Shown here: positions 36,001 through 54,000 of the stretch, in pieces
Numbering within the stretch: position 1 is the first letter of the stretch
How the letters are laid out: each line of letters begins with the position of its first letter
Source of the DNA: Eledone cirrhosa
Lineage: Eukaryota
Assembly (NCBI GenBank): GCA_964016885.1
Contig: OZ024740.1
Location: 106,640,001 to 106,704,000, forward strand
Length of the DNA: 64,000 nucleotides
Direction: 5' to 3'
The notes under the pieces: generated by a model
What the model was told of the DNA's origin: nothing
The model's input: the letters and a program-made list of their open reading frames with translations, nothing else
Databases searched by the model: none
Translations under genes and position numbers: made by a program

Positions 36001-39000
36001 ATCTCCATATATTACCTATATCACACCTCCATATATTACCTATATCACATCTCCATATATTACCTATATCACATCTCCATATATTACCTATATCATACCT
36101 CCATATATTACCTATATCACATCTCCATATATTACCTATATCACATCTCCATATATTACCTATATCACATCTCCATATATTACCTATATCACACCTCCAT
36201 ATATTACCTATATCACACCTCCATATATTATCTATATCACACCTCCATATATTACCTATATCACATTTCCATATATTACCTATATCACACCTCCATATAT
36301 TACCTATATCATACCTCCATATATTACCTATATCACACCTCCATATATTACCTATATCACACCTCCATATATTACCTATATCACACCTCCATATATTACC
36401 TATACCATACCTCCATGTATTACCTATATCACACCTCCATATACTACCTATATCACATCTCCATATATTACCTATATCACACCTCCATATATTACCTATA
36501 TCACACCTCCATATATTATCTATATCACACCTCCATATATTACCTATATCACATCTCCATATATTGCCTATATCACACCTCCATATATTACCTATATCAC
36601 ACCTCCATATATTATCTATATCACACCTCCATATATTACCTATATCACATCTCCATATATTACCTATATCACACCTCCATATATTACCTATATCATACCT
36701 CCATATAATACCTGTATCATACCTCCATATATTACCTATATCACACCTCCATATATTACCAATATCACACCTCCATATATTACCTATATCATACCTCGAT
36801 ATATTACCTATATCACACCTTCATATATTACCTATATCACACCTCCATATATTACCTATATCACATCTCCATATATTACCTATATCACACCTCCATACAT
36901 TACCTATATCACATCTCCATATATTACCTATATCACACCTCCATATATTACCTATATCTCACCTCCATATATTATCTATATCACACCTCCATATATTACC
37001 TATATCACATCTCCATATATTACCTATATTACACCTCCATATATTACCTATATCACACCTCCATATATTATCTATATCACACCTCCATATATTATCTATA
37101 TCACATCTCTATATATTACCTATATCACACCTCCATATATTACCTATATCACACCTCCATATATTACCTATATCACACCTCCATATATTACCTATATCAC
37201 ATCTCCATATATTACCTATATCACACCTCCATATATTACCTATATCACACCTCCATATATTATCTATATCACACCTCCATATATTACCTATATCACATCT
37301 CCATATATTACCTATATCTCACCTCCATATATTACCTACATCACACCTCCATATATTATCTATATCACACCTCCATATATTACCTATATCACATCTCCAT
37401 ATATTACTTATATCACACCTCCATATATTACCTATATCACACCTCCATATATATCCTATATAATACCTCCATGTATTACCTATATCACACCTCCATATAT
37501 TACCTATATCACATCTCCATATATTACCTATATCATACCTCCATATATTATCTATATCACAACTCCATATATTACCTATATCATACCTCCATGTATTACC
37601 TATATCACACCTCCATATATTACCTATATCACATCTCCATATATTACCTATATCACACCTCCATATATTACCTATATCACACCTCCATATATTACCTATA
37701 TCACATCTCCATATATTACCTATATCACATCTCCATATATTACCTATATCACATCTCCATATATGACCTATATCACACCTCCATATATTACCTACATCAC
37801 ATCTCCATATATTACCTATATCACATCTCCATATATTACCTATATCATACCTCCATATATTACCTATATCACATCTCCATATATTACCTATATCACATCT
37901 CCATATATTACCTATATTACATCTCCATATATTACCTATATCACACCTCCATATATTACCTATATCACACCTCCATATATTACCTATATTACATCTCCAT
38001 ATATTACCTATATCACATCTCCATATATTACCTATATCACACCTCCATATATTACCTATATCACACCTCCATATATTACCTATATCACATCTCCATATAT
38101 ATCATATATCACACCTCCATATATTATCTATATCACAACTCCATATATTACCTATATCACACCTCCATATATTACCTATATCACATCTCCTTATATTACC
38201 TATATCATACCTCCATATATTACCTATATCACACCTCCATATATTATCTATATCACATCTCCATATATTACCTATATCACACCTCCATATATTACCTATA
38301 TCACACCTCCATATATTACCTATATCATACCTCCATATATTTCCTATATCACACCTCCATATATTACCTATATCACATCGCCATATATTATCTATATCAC
38401 ACCTCCATATATTACCTATATCACATCTCCATATATTACCTATATCACATCTCCATATATTACCTATATCACACCTCCATATATTACCTATATCACATCC
38501 CCATATATTACTTATATCACACCTCCATATATTACCTATATCACACCTCCATATATTACCTATATCACACCTCCATATATTACCTATATCATACCTCCAT
38601 GTATTCCCTATATCACACCTCCATATATTACCTATATCACATCTCCATATATTACCTATATCACACCTCCATATATTACCTATATCACACCTCCATATAT
38701 TATCTATATCACACCTCCATATATTACCTATATCACATCTCCATATATTACCTATATCACACCTCCATATATTACCTATATCACACCTCCATATATTATC
38801 TATATCACACCTCCATATATTACCTATATCACATCTCCATATATTACCTATATCACACCTCCATATATTAACTATATCATACCTCCATATATTACCTATA
38901 TCACACCTCCATGTATTACCTATATCACACCTCCATATATTACCTATATCATACCTCCATGTATTACCTATATCATACCTCCATATATTGCCTATATCAC

Positions 39001-42000
39001 ATCTCCATATATTACCTATATCACACCTCCATATATTACCTATATCACACCTCCATATATTATCTATATCACACCTCCATATATTACCTATATCACATCT
39101 CCATATATTACCTATATCACACCTCCATATATTACCTATATCACACCTCCATATATTATTTATATCACACCTCCATATATTACCTATATCACATCTCCAT
39201 ATATTACCTATATCACACCTCCATATATTACCTATATCATACCTCCATATATTACCTATATCACACCTCCATATATTACCTATATCACACCTCCATATAT
39301 TACCTATATCACACCTCCATATATTACCTATATCATACCTCCATGTATTACCTATATCACACCTCCATATATTGCCTATATCACATCTCCATATATTACC
39401 TATATCACACCTCCATATATTACCTATATCACACCTCCATATATTATCTATATCACACCTCCATATATTACCTATATCACATCTCCATATATTGCCTATA
39501 TCACACCTCCATATATTACCTATATCACACCTCCATATATTATCTATATCACACCTCCATATATTACCTATATCACATCTCCATATATTACCTATATCAC
39601 ACCTCCATATATTACCTATATCACACCTCCATATATTATCTATATCACACCTCCATATATTACCTATATCACATCTCCATATATTACCTATATCACACCT
39701 CCATATATTACCTATATCATACCTCCATATATTACCTATATCACACCTCCATATATTACCTATATCACACCTCCATATGTTACCTATATCATACCTCCAT
39801 ATATTACCTATATCACACCTTCATATATTACCTATATCACACCTCCATATATTACCTGTATCACATCTCCATATATTACCTACATCACACCTCCATACAT
39901 TACCTATATCACATCTCCATATATTACCTATATCACACCTCCATATATTACCTATATCTCACCTCCATATATTATCTATATCACACCTCCATATATTACC
40001 TATATCACATCTCCATATATTACCTATATCACACCTCCATATATTACCTATATCACACCTCCATATATTATCTATATCACATCTCTATATATTACCTATA
40101 TCACACCTCCATATATTACCTATATCACACCTCCATATATTACCTATATCATACCTCCATATAATACCTGTATCATACCTCCATATATTACCTATATCAC
40201 ACCTCCATATATTACCTATATCACACCTCCATATATTATCTATATCATACCTCGATATATTACCTATATCACACCTTCATATATTACCTATATCACACCT
40301 CCATATATTACCTATATCACATCTCCATATATTACCTATATCACACCTCCATACATTACCTATATCACATCTCCATATATTACCTATATCACACCTCCAT
40401 ATATTACCTATATCTCACCTCCATATATTATCTATATCACACCTCCATATATTACCTATATCACATCTCCATATATTACCTATATCACACCTCCATATAT
40501 TACCTATATCACACCTCCATATATTATCTATATCACACCTCCATATATTATCTATATCACATCTCTATATATTACCTATATCACACCTCCATATATTACC
40601 TATATCACACCTCCATATATTACCTATATCACACCTCCATATATTACCTATATCACACCTCCATATATTACCTATATCACACCTCCATATATTATCTATA
40701 TCACACCTCCATATATTACCTATATCACATCTCCATATATTACCTATATCTCACCTCCATATATTACCTATATCACACCTCCATATATTATCTATATCAC
40801 ACCTCCATATATTACCTATATCACATCTCCATATATTACTTATATCACACCTCCATATATTACCTATATCACACCTCCATATATATCCTATATAATACCT
40901 CCATGTATTACCTATATCACACCTCCATATATTACCTATATCACATCTCCATATATTACCTATATCACATCTCCATATATTACCTATATCACATCTCCAT
41001 ATATTACCTATATCACACCTCCATATATTACCTATATCACACCTCCATATATTACCTATATCACATCTCCATATATTGCCTATATCACATCTCCATATAT
41101 TACCTATATCACATCTCCATATATTACCTATATCACATCTCCATATATTACCTATATCACATCTCCATATATTACCTATATCACACCTCCATATATTACC
41201 TATATCACACCTCCATATATTACCTATATCACATCTCCATATATTGCCTATATCACATCTCCATATATTACCTATATCACATCTCCATATATATCATATA
41301 TCACACCTCCATATATTATCTATATCACAACTCCATATATTACCTATATCACACCTCCATATATTACCTATATCACATCTCCTTATATTACCTATATCAT
41401 ACCTCCATATATTACCTATATCACACCTCCATATATTACCTATATCACATCTCCATATATTACCTATATCACACCTCCATATATTACCTATATCACACCT
41501 CCATATATTACCTATATCATACCTCCATATATTTCCTATATCACACCTCCATATATTACCTATATCACATCGCCATATATTATCTATATCACACCTCCAT
41601 ATATTACCTATATCACATCTCCATATATTACCTATATCACATCTCCATATATTACCTATATCACACCTCCATATATTACCTATATCACATCCCCATATAT
41701 TACTTATATCACACCTCCATATATTACCTATATCACACCTCCATATATTACCTATATCACACCTCCATATATTACCTATATCATACCTCCATGTATTCCC
41801 TATATCACACCTCCATATATTACCTATATCACATCTCCATATATTACCTATATCACACCTCCATATATTACCTATATCACACCTCCATATATTATCTATA
41901 TCACACCTCCATATATTACCTATATCACATCTCCATATATTACCTATATCACACATCCATATATTACCTATATCACACCTCCATATATTATCTATATCAC

Positions 42001-45000
42001 ACCTCCATATATTACCTATATCACATCTCCATATATTACCTATATCACACCTCCATATATTACCTATATCATACCTCCATATATTACCTATATCACACCT
42101 CTATGTATTACCTATATCACCCCTCCATATATTACCTATATCATACCTCCATGTATTACCTATATCATACCTCCATATATTGCCTATATCACATCTCCAT
42201 ATATTACCTATATCACACCTCCATATATTACCTATATCACACCTCCATATATTATCTATATCACACCTCCATATATTACCTATATCACATCTCCATATAT
42301 TACCTATATCACACCTCCATATATTACCTATATCACACCTCCATATATTATCTATATCACACCTCCATATATTACCTATATCACATCTCCATATATTACC
42401 TATATCACACCTCCATATATTACCTATATCATACCTCCATATATTACCTATATCACACCTCCATATATTACCTATATCACACCTCCATATATTACCTATA
42501 TCACACCTCCATATATTACCTATATCATACCTCCATGTATTACCTATATCACACCTCCATATATTGCCTATATCACATCTCCATATATTACCTATATCAC
42601 ACCTCCATATATTACCTATATCATACCTCCATGTATTACCTATATCACACCTCCATATATTGCCTATATCACATCTCCATATATTACCTATATCACACCT
42701 CCATATATTACCTATATCACACCTCCATATATTATCTATATCACACCTCCATATATTACCTATATCACATCTCCATATATTGCCTATATCACACCTCCAT
42801 ATATTACCTATATCACACCTCCATATATTATCTATATCACACCTCCATATATTACCTATATCACATCTCCATATATTACCTATATCACACCTCCATATAT
42901 TACCTATATCATACCTCCATATATTACCTATATCATACCTCCATATATTACCTATATCACACCTCCATATATTACCTATATCACACCTCCATATGTTACC
43001 CTATATCATACCTCCATATATTACCTATATCACACCTTCATATATTACCTATATCACACCTCCATACATTACCTATATCACATCTCCATATATTACCTAT
43101 ATCACACCTCCATATATTACCTATATCTCACCTCCATATATTATCTATATCACACCTCCATATATTACCTATATCACATCTCCATATATTACCTATATCA
43201 CACCTCCATATATTACCTATATCACACCTCCATATATTATCTATATCACACCTCCATATATTATCTATATCACATCTCTATATATTACCTATATCACACC
43301 TCATATATTACCTATATCACACCTCCATATATTACCTATATCATACCTCCATATAATACCTGTATCATACCTCCATATATTACCTATATCACACCTCCAT
43401 ATATTACCTATATCACACCTCCATATATTACCTATATCATACCTCGATATATTACCTATATCACACCTTCATATATTACCTATATCACACCTCCATATAT
43501 TACCTATATCACATCTCCATATATTACCTATATCACACCTCCATACATTACCTATATCACATCTCCATATATTACCTATATCACACCTCCATATATTACC
43601 TATATCTCACCTCCATATATTATCTATATCACACCTCCTTATATTACCTATATCACATCTCCATATATTACCTATATCACACCTCCATATATTACCTATA
43701 TCACACCTCCATATATTATCTATATCACACCTCCATATATTATCTATATCACATCTCCTATATATTACCTATATCACACCTCCATATATTACCTATATCA
43801 CACCTCCATATATTACCTATATCACACCTCCATATATTACCTATATCACATCTCCATATATTACCTATATCACACCTCCATATATTACCTATATCACACC
43901 TCCATATATTATCTATATCACACCTCCATATATTACCTATATCACACCTGCATATATTACCTATATCACATCTCCATATATTACCTATATCATACCTCCA
44001 TATATTACCTATATCACATCTCCATATATTACCTATATCTCACCTCCATATATTACCTATATCACACCTCCATATATTATCTATATCACACCTCCATATA
44101 TTACCTATATCACATCTCCATATATTACTTATATCACACCTCCATATATTACCTATATCACACCTCCATATATATCCTATATAATACCTCCATGTATTAC
44201 CTATATCACACCTCCATATATTACCTATATCACATCTCCATATATTACCTATATCACATCTCCATATATTACCTATATCATACCTCCATATATTACCTAT
44301 ATCACATCTCCATATATTACCTATATCACATCTCCATATATATCATATATCACACCTCCATATATTATCTATATCACAACTCCATATATTACCTATATCA
44401 CACCTCCATATATTACCTATATCACATCTCCTTATATTACCTATATCATACCTCCATATATTAATTATATCACACTTCCATATATTACCTATATCACATC
44501 TCCATATATTACCTATATCACACCTCCATATATTACCTATATCACACCTCCATATATTACCTATATCATACCTCCATATATTTCCTATATCACACCTCCA
44601 TATATTACCTATATCACATCGCCATATATTATCTATATCACACCTCCATATATTACCTATATCACATCTCCATATATTACCTATATCACATCTCCATATA
44701 TTACCTATATCACACCTCCATATATTAGCTATATCACATCCCCATATATTACTTATATCACACCTCCATATATTACCTATATCACACCTCCATATATTAC
44801 CTATATCACACCTCCATATATTACCTATATCACACCTCCATATATTACCTATCTCACATTTCCATATATTACCTATATCATACCTCCATATATTACCTAT
44901 ATCACATCTCCATATATTACCTATATCACACCTCCATATATTACCTATATCACACCTCCATATATTACCTATATCATACCTCCATGTATTCCCTATATCA

Positions 45001-48000
45001 CACCTCCATATATTACCTATATCACATCTCCATATATTACCTATATCACACCTCCATATATTACCTATATCACACCTCCATATATTATCTATATCACACC
45101 TCCATATATTACCTATATCACATCTCCATATATTACCTATATCACACATCCATATATACCTATATCACACCTCCATATATTATCTATATCACACCTCCAT
45201 ATATTACCTATATCACATCTCCATATATTACCTATATCACACCTCCATATATTACCTATATCATACCTCCATATATTACCTATATCACACCTCCATGTAT
45301 TACCTATATCACACCTCCATATATTACCTATATCATACCTCCATGTATTAACCTATATCATACCTCCATATATTGCCTATATCACATCTCCATATATTAC
45401 CTATATCACACCTCCATATATTACCTATATCACACACCTCCATATATTATCTATATCACACCTCCATATATTACCTATATCACATCTCCATATATTACCT
45501 ATATCACACCTCCATATATTACCTATATCACACCTCCATATATTATCTATATCACACCTCCATATATTACCTATATCACATCTCCATATATACCTATATC
45601 ACACCTCCATATATTACCTATATCATACCTCCATATATTACCTATATCACACCTCCATATATTACCTATATCACACCTCCATATATTACCTATATCACAC
45701 CTCCATATAATACCTATATCATACCTCCATGTATTACCTATATCACACCTCCATATATTGCCTATATCACATCTCCATATATTACCTATATCACACCTCC
45801 ATATATTACCTACATCACACCTCCATATATTATCTATATCACACCTCCATATATTACCTATATCACATCTCCATATATTGCCTATATCACACCTCCATAT
45901 ATTACCTATATCACACCTCCATATATTATCTATATCACACCTCCATATATTAGCCTATATCACATCTCCATAATATTACCTATATCACACCTCCATATAT
46001 TACCTATATCATACCTCCATATATTACCTATATCACACCTCATATTTTACCTATATCACACCTCCATATGTTACCTATATCATACCTCCATATATTACCT
46101 ATATCACACCTTCATATATTACCTATATCACACCTCCATATATTACCTATATCACATCTCCATATATTACCTATATCACACTTCCATACATTACCTATAT
46201 CACATCTCCATATATTACCTATATCACACCTCCATATATTACCTATATCTCACCTCCATATATTATCTATATCACACCTCCATATATTACCTATATCACA
46301 TCTCCATATATTACCTATATCACACCTCCATATATTACCTATATCACACCTCCATATATTATCTATATCACACCTCCATATATTATCTATATCACATCTC
46401 TATATATTACCTATATCACACCTCCATATATTACCTATATCACACCTCCATATATTACCTATATCACACCTCCATATATTACCTATATCACATCTCCATA
46501 TATTACCTATATCACACCTCCATATATTACCTATATCACACCTCCATATATTATCTATATCACACCTCCATATATTACCTATATCACATCTCCATATATT
46601 ACCTATATCTCACCTCCATATATTACCTATATCACACCTCCATATATTATCTATATCACACCTCCATATATTACCTATATCACATCTCCATATATTACTT
46701 ATATCACACCTCCATATATTACCTATATCACACCTCCATATTTATCCTATATCATACCTCCATGTATTACCTATATCACACCTCCATATCTTACCTATAT
46801 CACATCTCCATATATTACCTATATCACACCTCCATATATTATCTATATCACAACTCCATATATTACCTATATCATACCTCCATGTATTACCTATATCACA
46901 CCTCCATATATTACCTATATCACACCTCCATATATTACCTATATCACACCTCCATATATTACCTATATCACACCTCCATATATTACCTATATCACATCTC
47001 CATATATTACCTATATCACATCTCCATATATTACCTATATCACATCTCCATATATGACCTATATCACACCTCCATATATTACCTATATCACATCTCCAAA
47101 TATTACCTATATCACATCTCCATATATTACCTATATCATACCTCCATATATTACCTATATCACATCTCCATATATTACCTATATCAAATCTCCATATATT
47201 ACCTATATCACATCTCCATATATACCTATATCAACACCTCCATATATTACCTATATCACACCTCCATATATTACCTATAACACATCTCCATATATTACCT
47301 ATATCACATCTCCATATATTACCTATATCACACCTCCATATATACCTATATCACACCTCCATATATTACCTATATCACATCTCCATATATATCATATATC
47401 ACACCTCCATATATTATCTATATCACAACTCCATATATTACCTATATCACACCTCCATATATTACCTATATCACACCTCCATATATTACGTATATCACAT
47501 CTCCATATATTACCTATATCACATCTCCATATATTACCTATATCATACCTCCATATATTACCTATATCACATCTCCATATAATACCTATATCACAACTCC
47601 ATATATTACCTATATCACATCTCCATATATTACCTATATCACACCTCCATAAATTACCTATATCACACCTCCATATATTAACTATATCACATCTCCATAT
47701 ATTACCTATATCACATCTCCATATATGACCTATATCACACCTCCATATATTACCTATATCACATCTCCTTATATTACCTATATCATACCTCCATATATTA
47801 CCTATATCACACCTCCATATATTACCTATATCACATCTCCATATATTACCTATATCACACCTCCATATATTACCTATATCACACACCTCCATATATTACC
47901 TATATCACATCTCCATATATTACCTATATCACATCTCCATATATTACCTATATCACACCTCCATATATTACCTATATCACACCTCCATATACTACCTATA

Positions 48001-51000
48001 TCACATCTACATATATATCATATATCACACCTCCATATATTATCTATATCACAACTCCATATATTACCTATATCACACCTCCATATATTACCTATATCAC
48101 ATCTCCTTATATTACCTATATCATACCTCCATATATTACCTATATCACACCTCCATATATTACCTATATCACATCGCCATATATTATCTATATCACACCT
48201 CCATATATTACCTATATCACATCTCCATATATTACCTATATCACATCTCCATATATTACCTATATCACACCTCCATATATTACCTATATCACATCCCCAT
48301 ATATTACTTATATCACACCTCCATATATTACCTATATCACATCTCCATATATTACCTATATCACACCTCCATATATTACCTATATCATACCTCCATGTAT
48401 TACCTATATCACACCTCCATATATTACCAATATCACACCTCCATATATTACCTATATCATACCTCCATATATTACCTATATCACACCTCCATATATTACC
48501 TATATCACACCTCCATATATTACCTATATCACACCTCCATATATTACCTATATCATACCTCCATGTATTCCCTATATCACACCTCCATATATTACCTATA
48601 TCACATCTCCATATATTACCTATATCACACCTCCATATATTACCTATATCACACCTCCATATATTATCTATATCACACCTCCATATATTACCTATATCAC
48701 ATCTCCATATATTACCTATATCACACCTCCATATATTACCTATATCACACCTCCATATATTATCTATATCACACCTCCATATATTACCTATATCACATCT
48801 CCATATATTACCAATATCACACCTCCATATATTACCTATATCATACCTCCATATATTACCTATATCACACCTCCATGTATTACCTATATCACACCTCCAT
48901 ATATTACCTATATCATACCTCCATGTATTACCTATATCATACCTCCATATATTACCTATATCACATCTCCATATATTACATATATCACACCTCCATATAT
49001 TACCTATATCACACCCCCATATATTATCTATATCACACCTCCATATATTACCTATATCACATCTCCATATATTACCTATATCACACCTCCATATATTACC
49101 TATATCACACCTTCATATATTACCTATATCACACCTCCATATATTACCTATATCACATTTCCATATATTACCTATATCACACCTCCATACATTACCTATA
49201 TCACATCTCCATATATTACCTATATCACACCTCCATATATTACCTATATCTCACCTCCATATATTATCTATATCACACCTCCATATATTACCTATATCAC
49301 ATCTCCATATATTACCTATATCACACCTCCATATATTACCTATATCACACCTCCATATATTATCTATATCACACCTCCATATATTATCTATATCACATCT
49401 CTATATATTACCTATATCACACCTCCATATATTACCTATATCACACCTCCATATATTACCTATATCACACCTCCATATATTTACCTATATCACATCTCCA
49501 TATATTACCTATATCACACCTCCATATATTACCTATATCACACCTCCATATATTATCTATATCACACCTCCATATATTACCTATATCACATCTCCATATA
49601 TTACCTATATCTCACCTCCATATATTACCTATATCACACCTCCATATATTATCTATATCACACCTCCATATATTACCTATATCACATCTCCATATATTAC
49701 TTATATCACACCTCCATATATTACCTATATCACACCTCCATATATATCCCATATCATACCTCCATGTATTACCTATATCACACCTCCATATCTTACCTAT
49801 ATCACATCTCCATATATTTCCTATATCACATCTCCATATATTACCTATATCTCACCTCCATATATTACCTATATCATACCTCCATGTATTACCTATATCA
49901 CACCTCCATATATTACCTATATCACACCTCCATATATTACCTATATCACATCTCCATATATTACCTATATCACATCTCCATATATTACCTATATCACATC
50001 TCCATATATGACCTATATCACACCTCCATATATTACCTATATCACATCTCCATATATTACCTATATCACATCTCCATATATTACCTATATCATACCTCCA
50101 TATATTACCTATATCACATCTCCATATATTACCTATATCACATCTCCATATATTACCTATATCACATCTCCATATATTACCTATATCACACCTCCATATA
50201 TTATCTATATCACAACTCCATATATTACCTATATCACATCTCCATATATTACCTATATCACATCTCCATATATTACCTATATCACACCTCCATATATTAC
50301 CTATATCACACCTCCATATATTACCTATATCACATCTCTATATATATCATATATCACACCTCCATATATTATCTATATCACAACTCCATATATTACCTAT
50401 ATCACACCTCCATATATTACCTATATCACACCTCCATATATTACCTATATCACATCTCCATATATTACCTATATCACATCTCCATATATTACCTATATCA
50501 TACCTCCATATATTACCTAAAGCACATCTCCATATATTACCTATATCACACCTCCATATATTACCTATATCACACCTCCATATATTACCTATATCACAAC
50601 TCCATATATTACCTATATCACATCTCCATATATTACCTATATCACACCTCCATATATTACCTATATCACACCTCCATATATTACCTATATCACATCTCCA
50701 TATATTACCTATATCACATCTCCATATATGACCTATATCACACCTCCATATATTACCTATATCACATCTCCATATATTACCTATATCATACCTCCATATA
50801 TTACCTATATCACACCTCCATATATTACCTATATCACATCTCCATATATTACCTATATCACATCTCCATATATGACCTATATCACACCTCCATATATTAC
50901 CTATATCACATCTCCATATATTACCTATATCTCACCTCCATATATTACCTATATCACACCTCCATATATTATCTATATCACACCTCCATATATTACCTAT

Positions 51001-54000
51001 ATCACATCTCCATATATTACTTATATCACACCTCCATATATTACCTATATCACACCTCCATATATATCCTATATAATACCTCCATGTATTACCTATATCA
51101 CACCTCCATATATTACCTATATCACATCTCCATATATTACCTATATCACATCTCCATATATTACCTATATCATACCTCCATATATTACCTATATCACATC
51201 TCCATATATTACCTATATCACATCTCCATATATTACCTATATCACATCTCCATATATTACCTATATCATACCTCCATATATTACCTATATCACATCTCCA
51301 TATATTACCTATATCACATCTCCATATATTACCTATATAATACCTCCATGTATTACCTATATCACACCTCCATATATTACCTATATCACATCTCCATATA
51401 TTACCTATATCACATCTCCATATATTACCTATATCACACCTCCACATATTACCTATATCACATCTCCATATATTGCCTATATCACACCTCCATATATTTC
51501 CTATATCACACCTCCATATATTACCTATATCACACCTCCATATATTACCTATATCACATCTCCATATATTGCCTATATCACATCTCCATATATTACCTAT
51601 ATCACACCTCCATATATTACCTATATCACACCTCCATATATTATCTATATCACAACTCCATATATTACCTATATCACACCTCCATATATTACCTATATCA
51701 CATCTCCTTATATTACCTATATCATACCTCCATATATTACCTATATCACACCTCCATATATTACCTATATCACATCTCCATATATTACCTATATCACACC
51801 TCCATATATTACCTATATCACACCTCCATATATTACCTATATCATACCTCCATATATTTCCTATATCACACCTCCATATATTACCTATATCACATCGCCA
51901 TATATTATCTATATCACACCTCCATATATTACCTATATCACATCTCCATATATTACCTATATCACATCTCCATATATTACCTATATCACACCTCCATATA
52001 TTACCTATATCACATCCCCATATATTACTTATATCACACCTCCATATATTACCTATATCACACCTCCATATATTACCTATATCACACCTCCATATATTAC
52101 CTATATCATACCTCCATGTATTCCCTATATCACACCTCCATATATTACCTATATCACATCTCCATATATTACCTATATCACACCTCCATATATTACCTAT
52201 ATCACACCTCCATATATTATCTATATCACACCTCCATATATTACCTATATCACATCTCCATATATTACCTATATCACACATCCATATATTACCTATATCA
52301 CACCTCCATATATTATCTATATCACACCTCCATATATTACCTATATCACACCTCCATATATTACCTATATCATACCTCCATATATTACCTATATCACACC
52401 TCCATGTATTACCTATATCACACCTCCATATATTACCTATATCATACCTCCATGTATTACCTATATCATACCTCCATATATTGCCTATATCACATCTCCA
52501 TATATTACCTATATCACACCTCCATATATTACCTATATCACACCTCCATATATTATCTATATCACACCTCCATATATTACCTATATCACATCTCCATATA
52601 TTACCTATATCACACCTCCATATATTACCTATATCACACCTCCATATATTATCTATATCACACCTCCATATATTACCTATATCACATCTCCATATATTAC
52701 CTATATCACACCTCCATATATTACCTATATCATACCTCCATATATTACCTATATCACATCTCCATATATTACCAATATCACACCTCCATATATTACCTAT
52801 ATCACACCTCCATATATTACCTATATCATACCTCCATGTATTACCTATATCACACCTCCATATATTGCCTATATCACATCTCCATATATTACCTATATCA
52901 CACCTCCATATATTACCTACATCACACCTCCATATATTATCTATATCACACCTCCATATATTACCTATATCACATCTCCATATATTGCCTATATCACACC
53001 TCCATATATTACGTATATCACACCTCCATATATTATCTATATCACACCTCCATATATTACCTATATCACATCTCCATATATTACCTATATCACACCTCCA
53101 TATATTACCTATATCACACCTCCATATGTTACCTATATCATACCTCCATATATTACCTATATCACACCTCCATATATTACCTATATCACACCTCCATATG
53201 TTACCTATATCATACCTCCATATATTACCTATATCACACCTTCATATATTACCTATATCACACCTCCATATATTACCTATATCACATCTCCATATATTAC
53301 CTATATCACACCTCCATACATTACCTATATCACATCTCCATATATTACCTATATCACACCTCCATACATTACCTATATCACACCTCCATATATTACCTAT
53401 ATCTCACCTCCATATATTATGTATATCACACCTCCATATATTACCTATATCACATCTCCATATATTACCTATATCACACCTCCATATATTACCTATATCA
53501 CACCTCCATATACTATCTATATCACACCTCCATATATTATCTATATCACATCTCTATATATTACCTATATCACACCTCCATATATTACCTATATCACACC
53601 TCCATATATTACCTATATCACACCTCCATATATTACCTATATCACATCTCCATATATTACCTATATCACACCTCCATATATTACCTATATCACACCTCCA
53701 TATATTATCTATATCACACCCCCATATATTACCTATATCACATCTCCATATATTACTTATATCACACCTCCATATATTACCTATATCACACCTCCATATT
53801 TATCCTATATCATACCTCCATGTATTACCTATATCACACCTCCATATCTTACCTATATCACATCTCCATATATTACCTATATCACACCTCCATATATTAT
53901 CTATATCACAACTCCATATATTACCTATATCATACCTCCATGTATTACCTATATCACACCTCCATATATTACCTATATCACATCTCCATATATTACCTAT

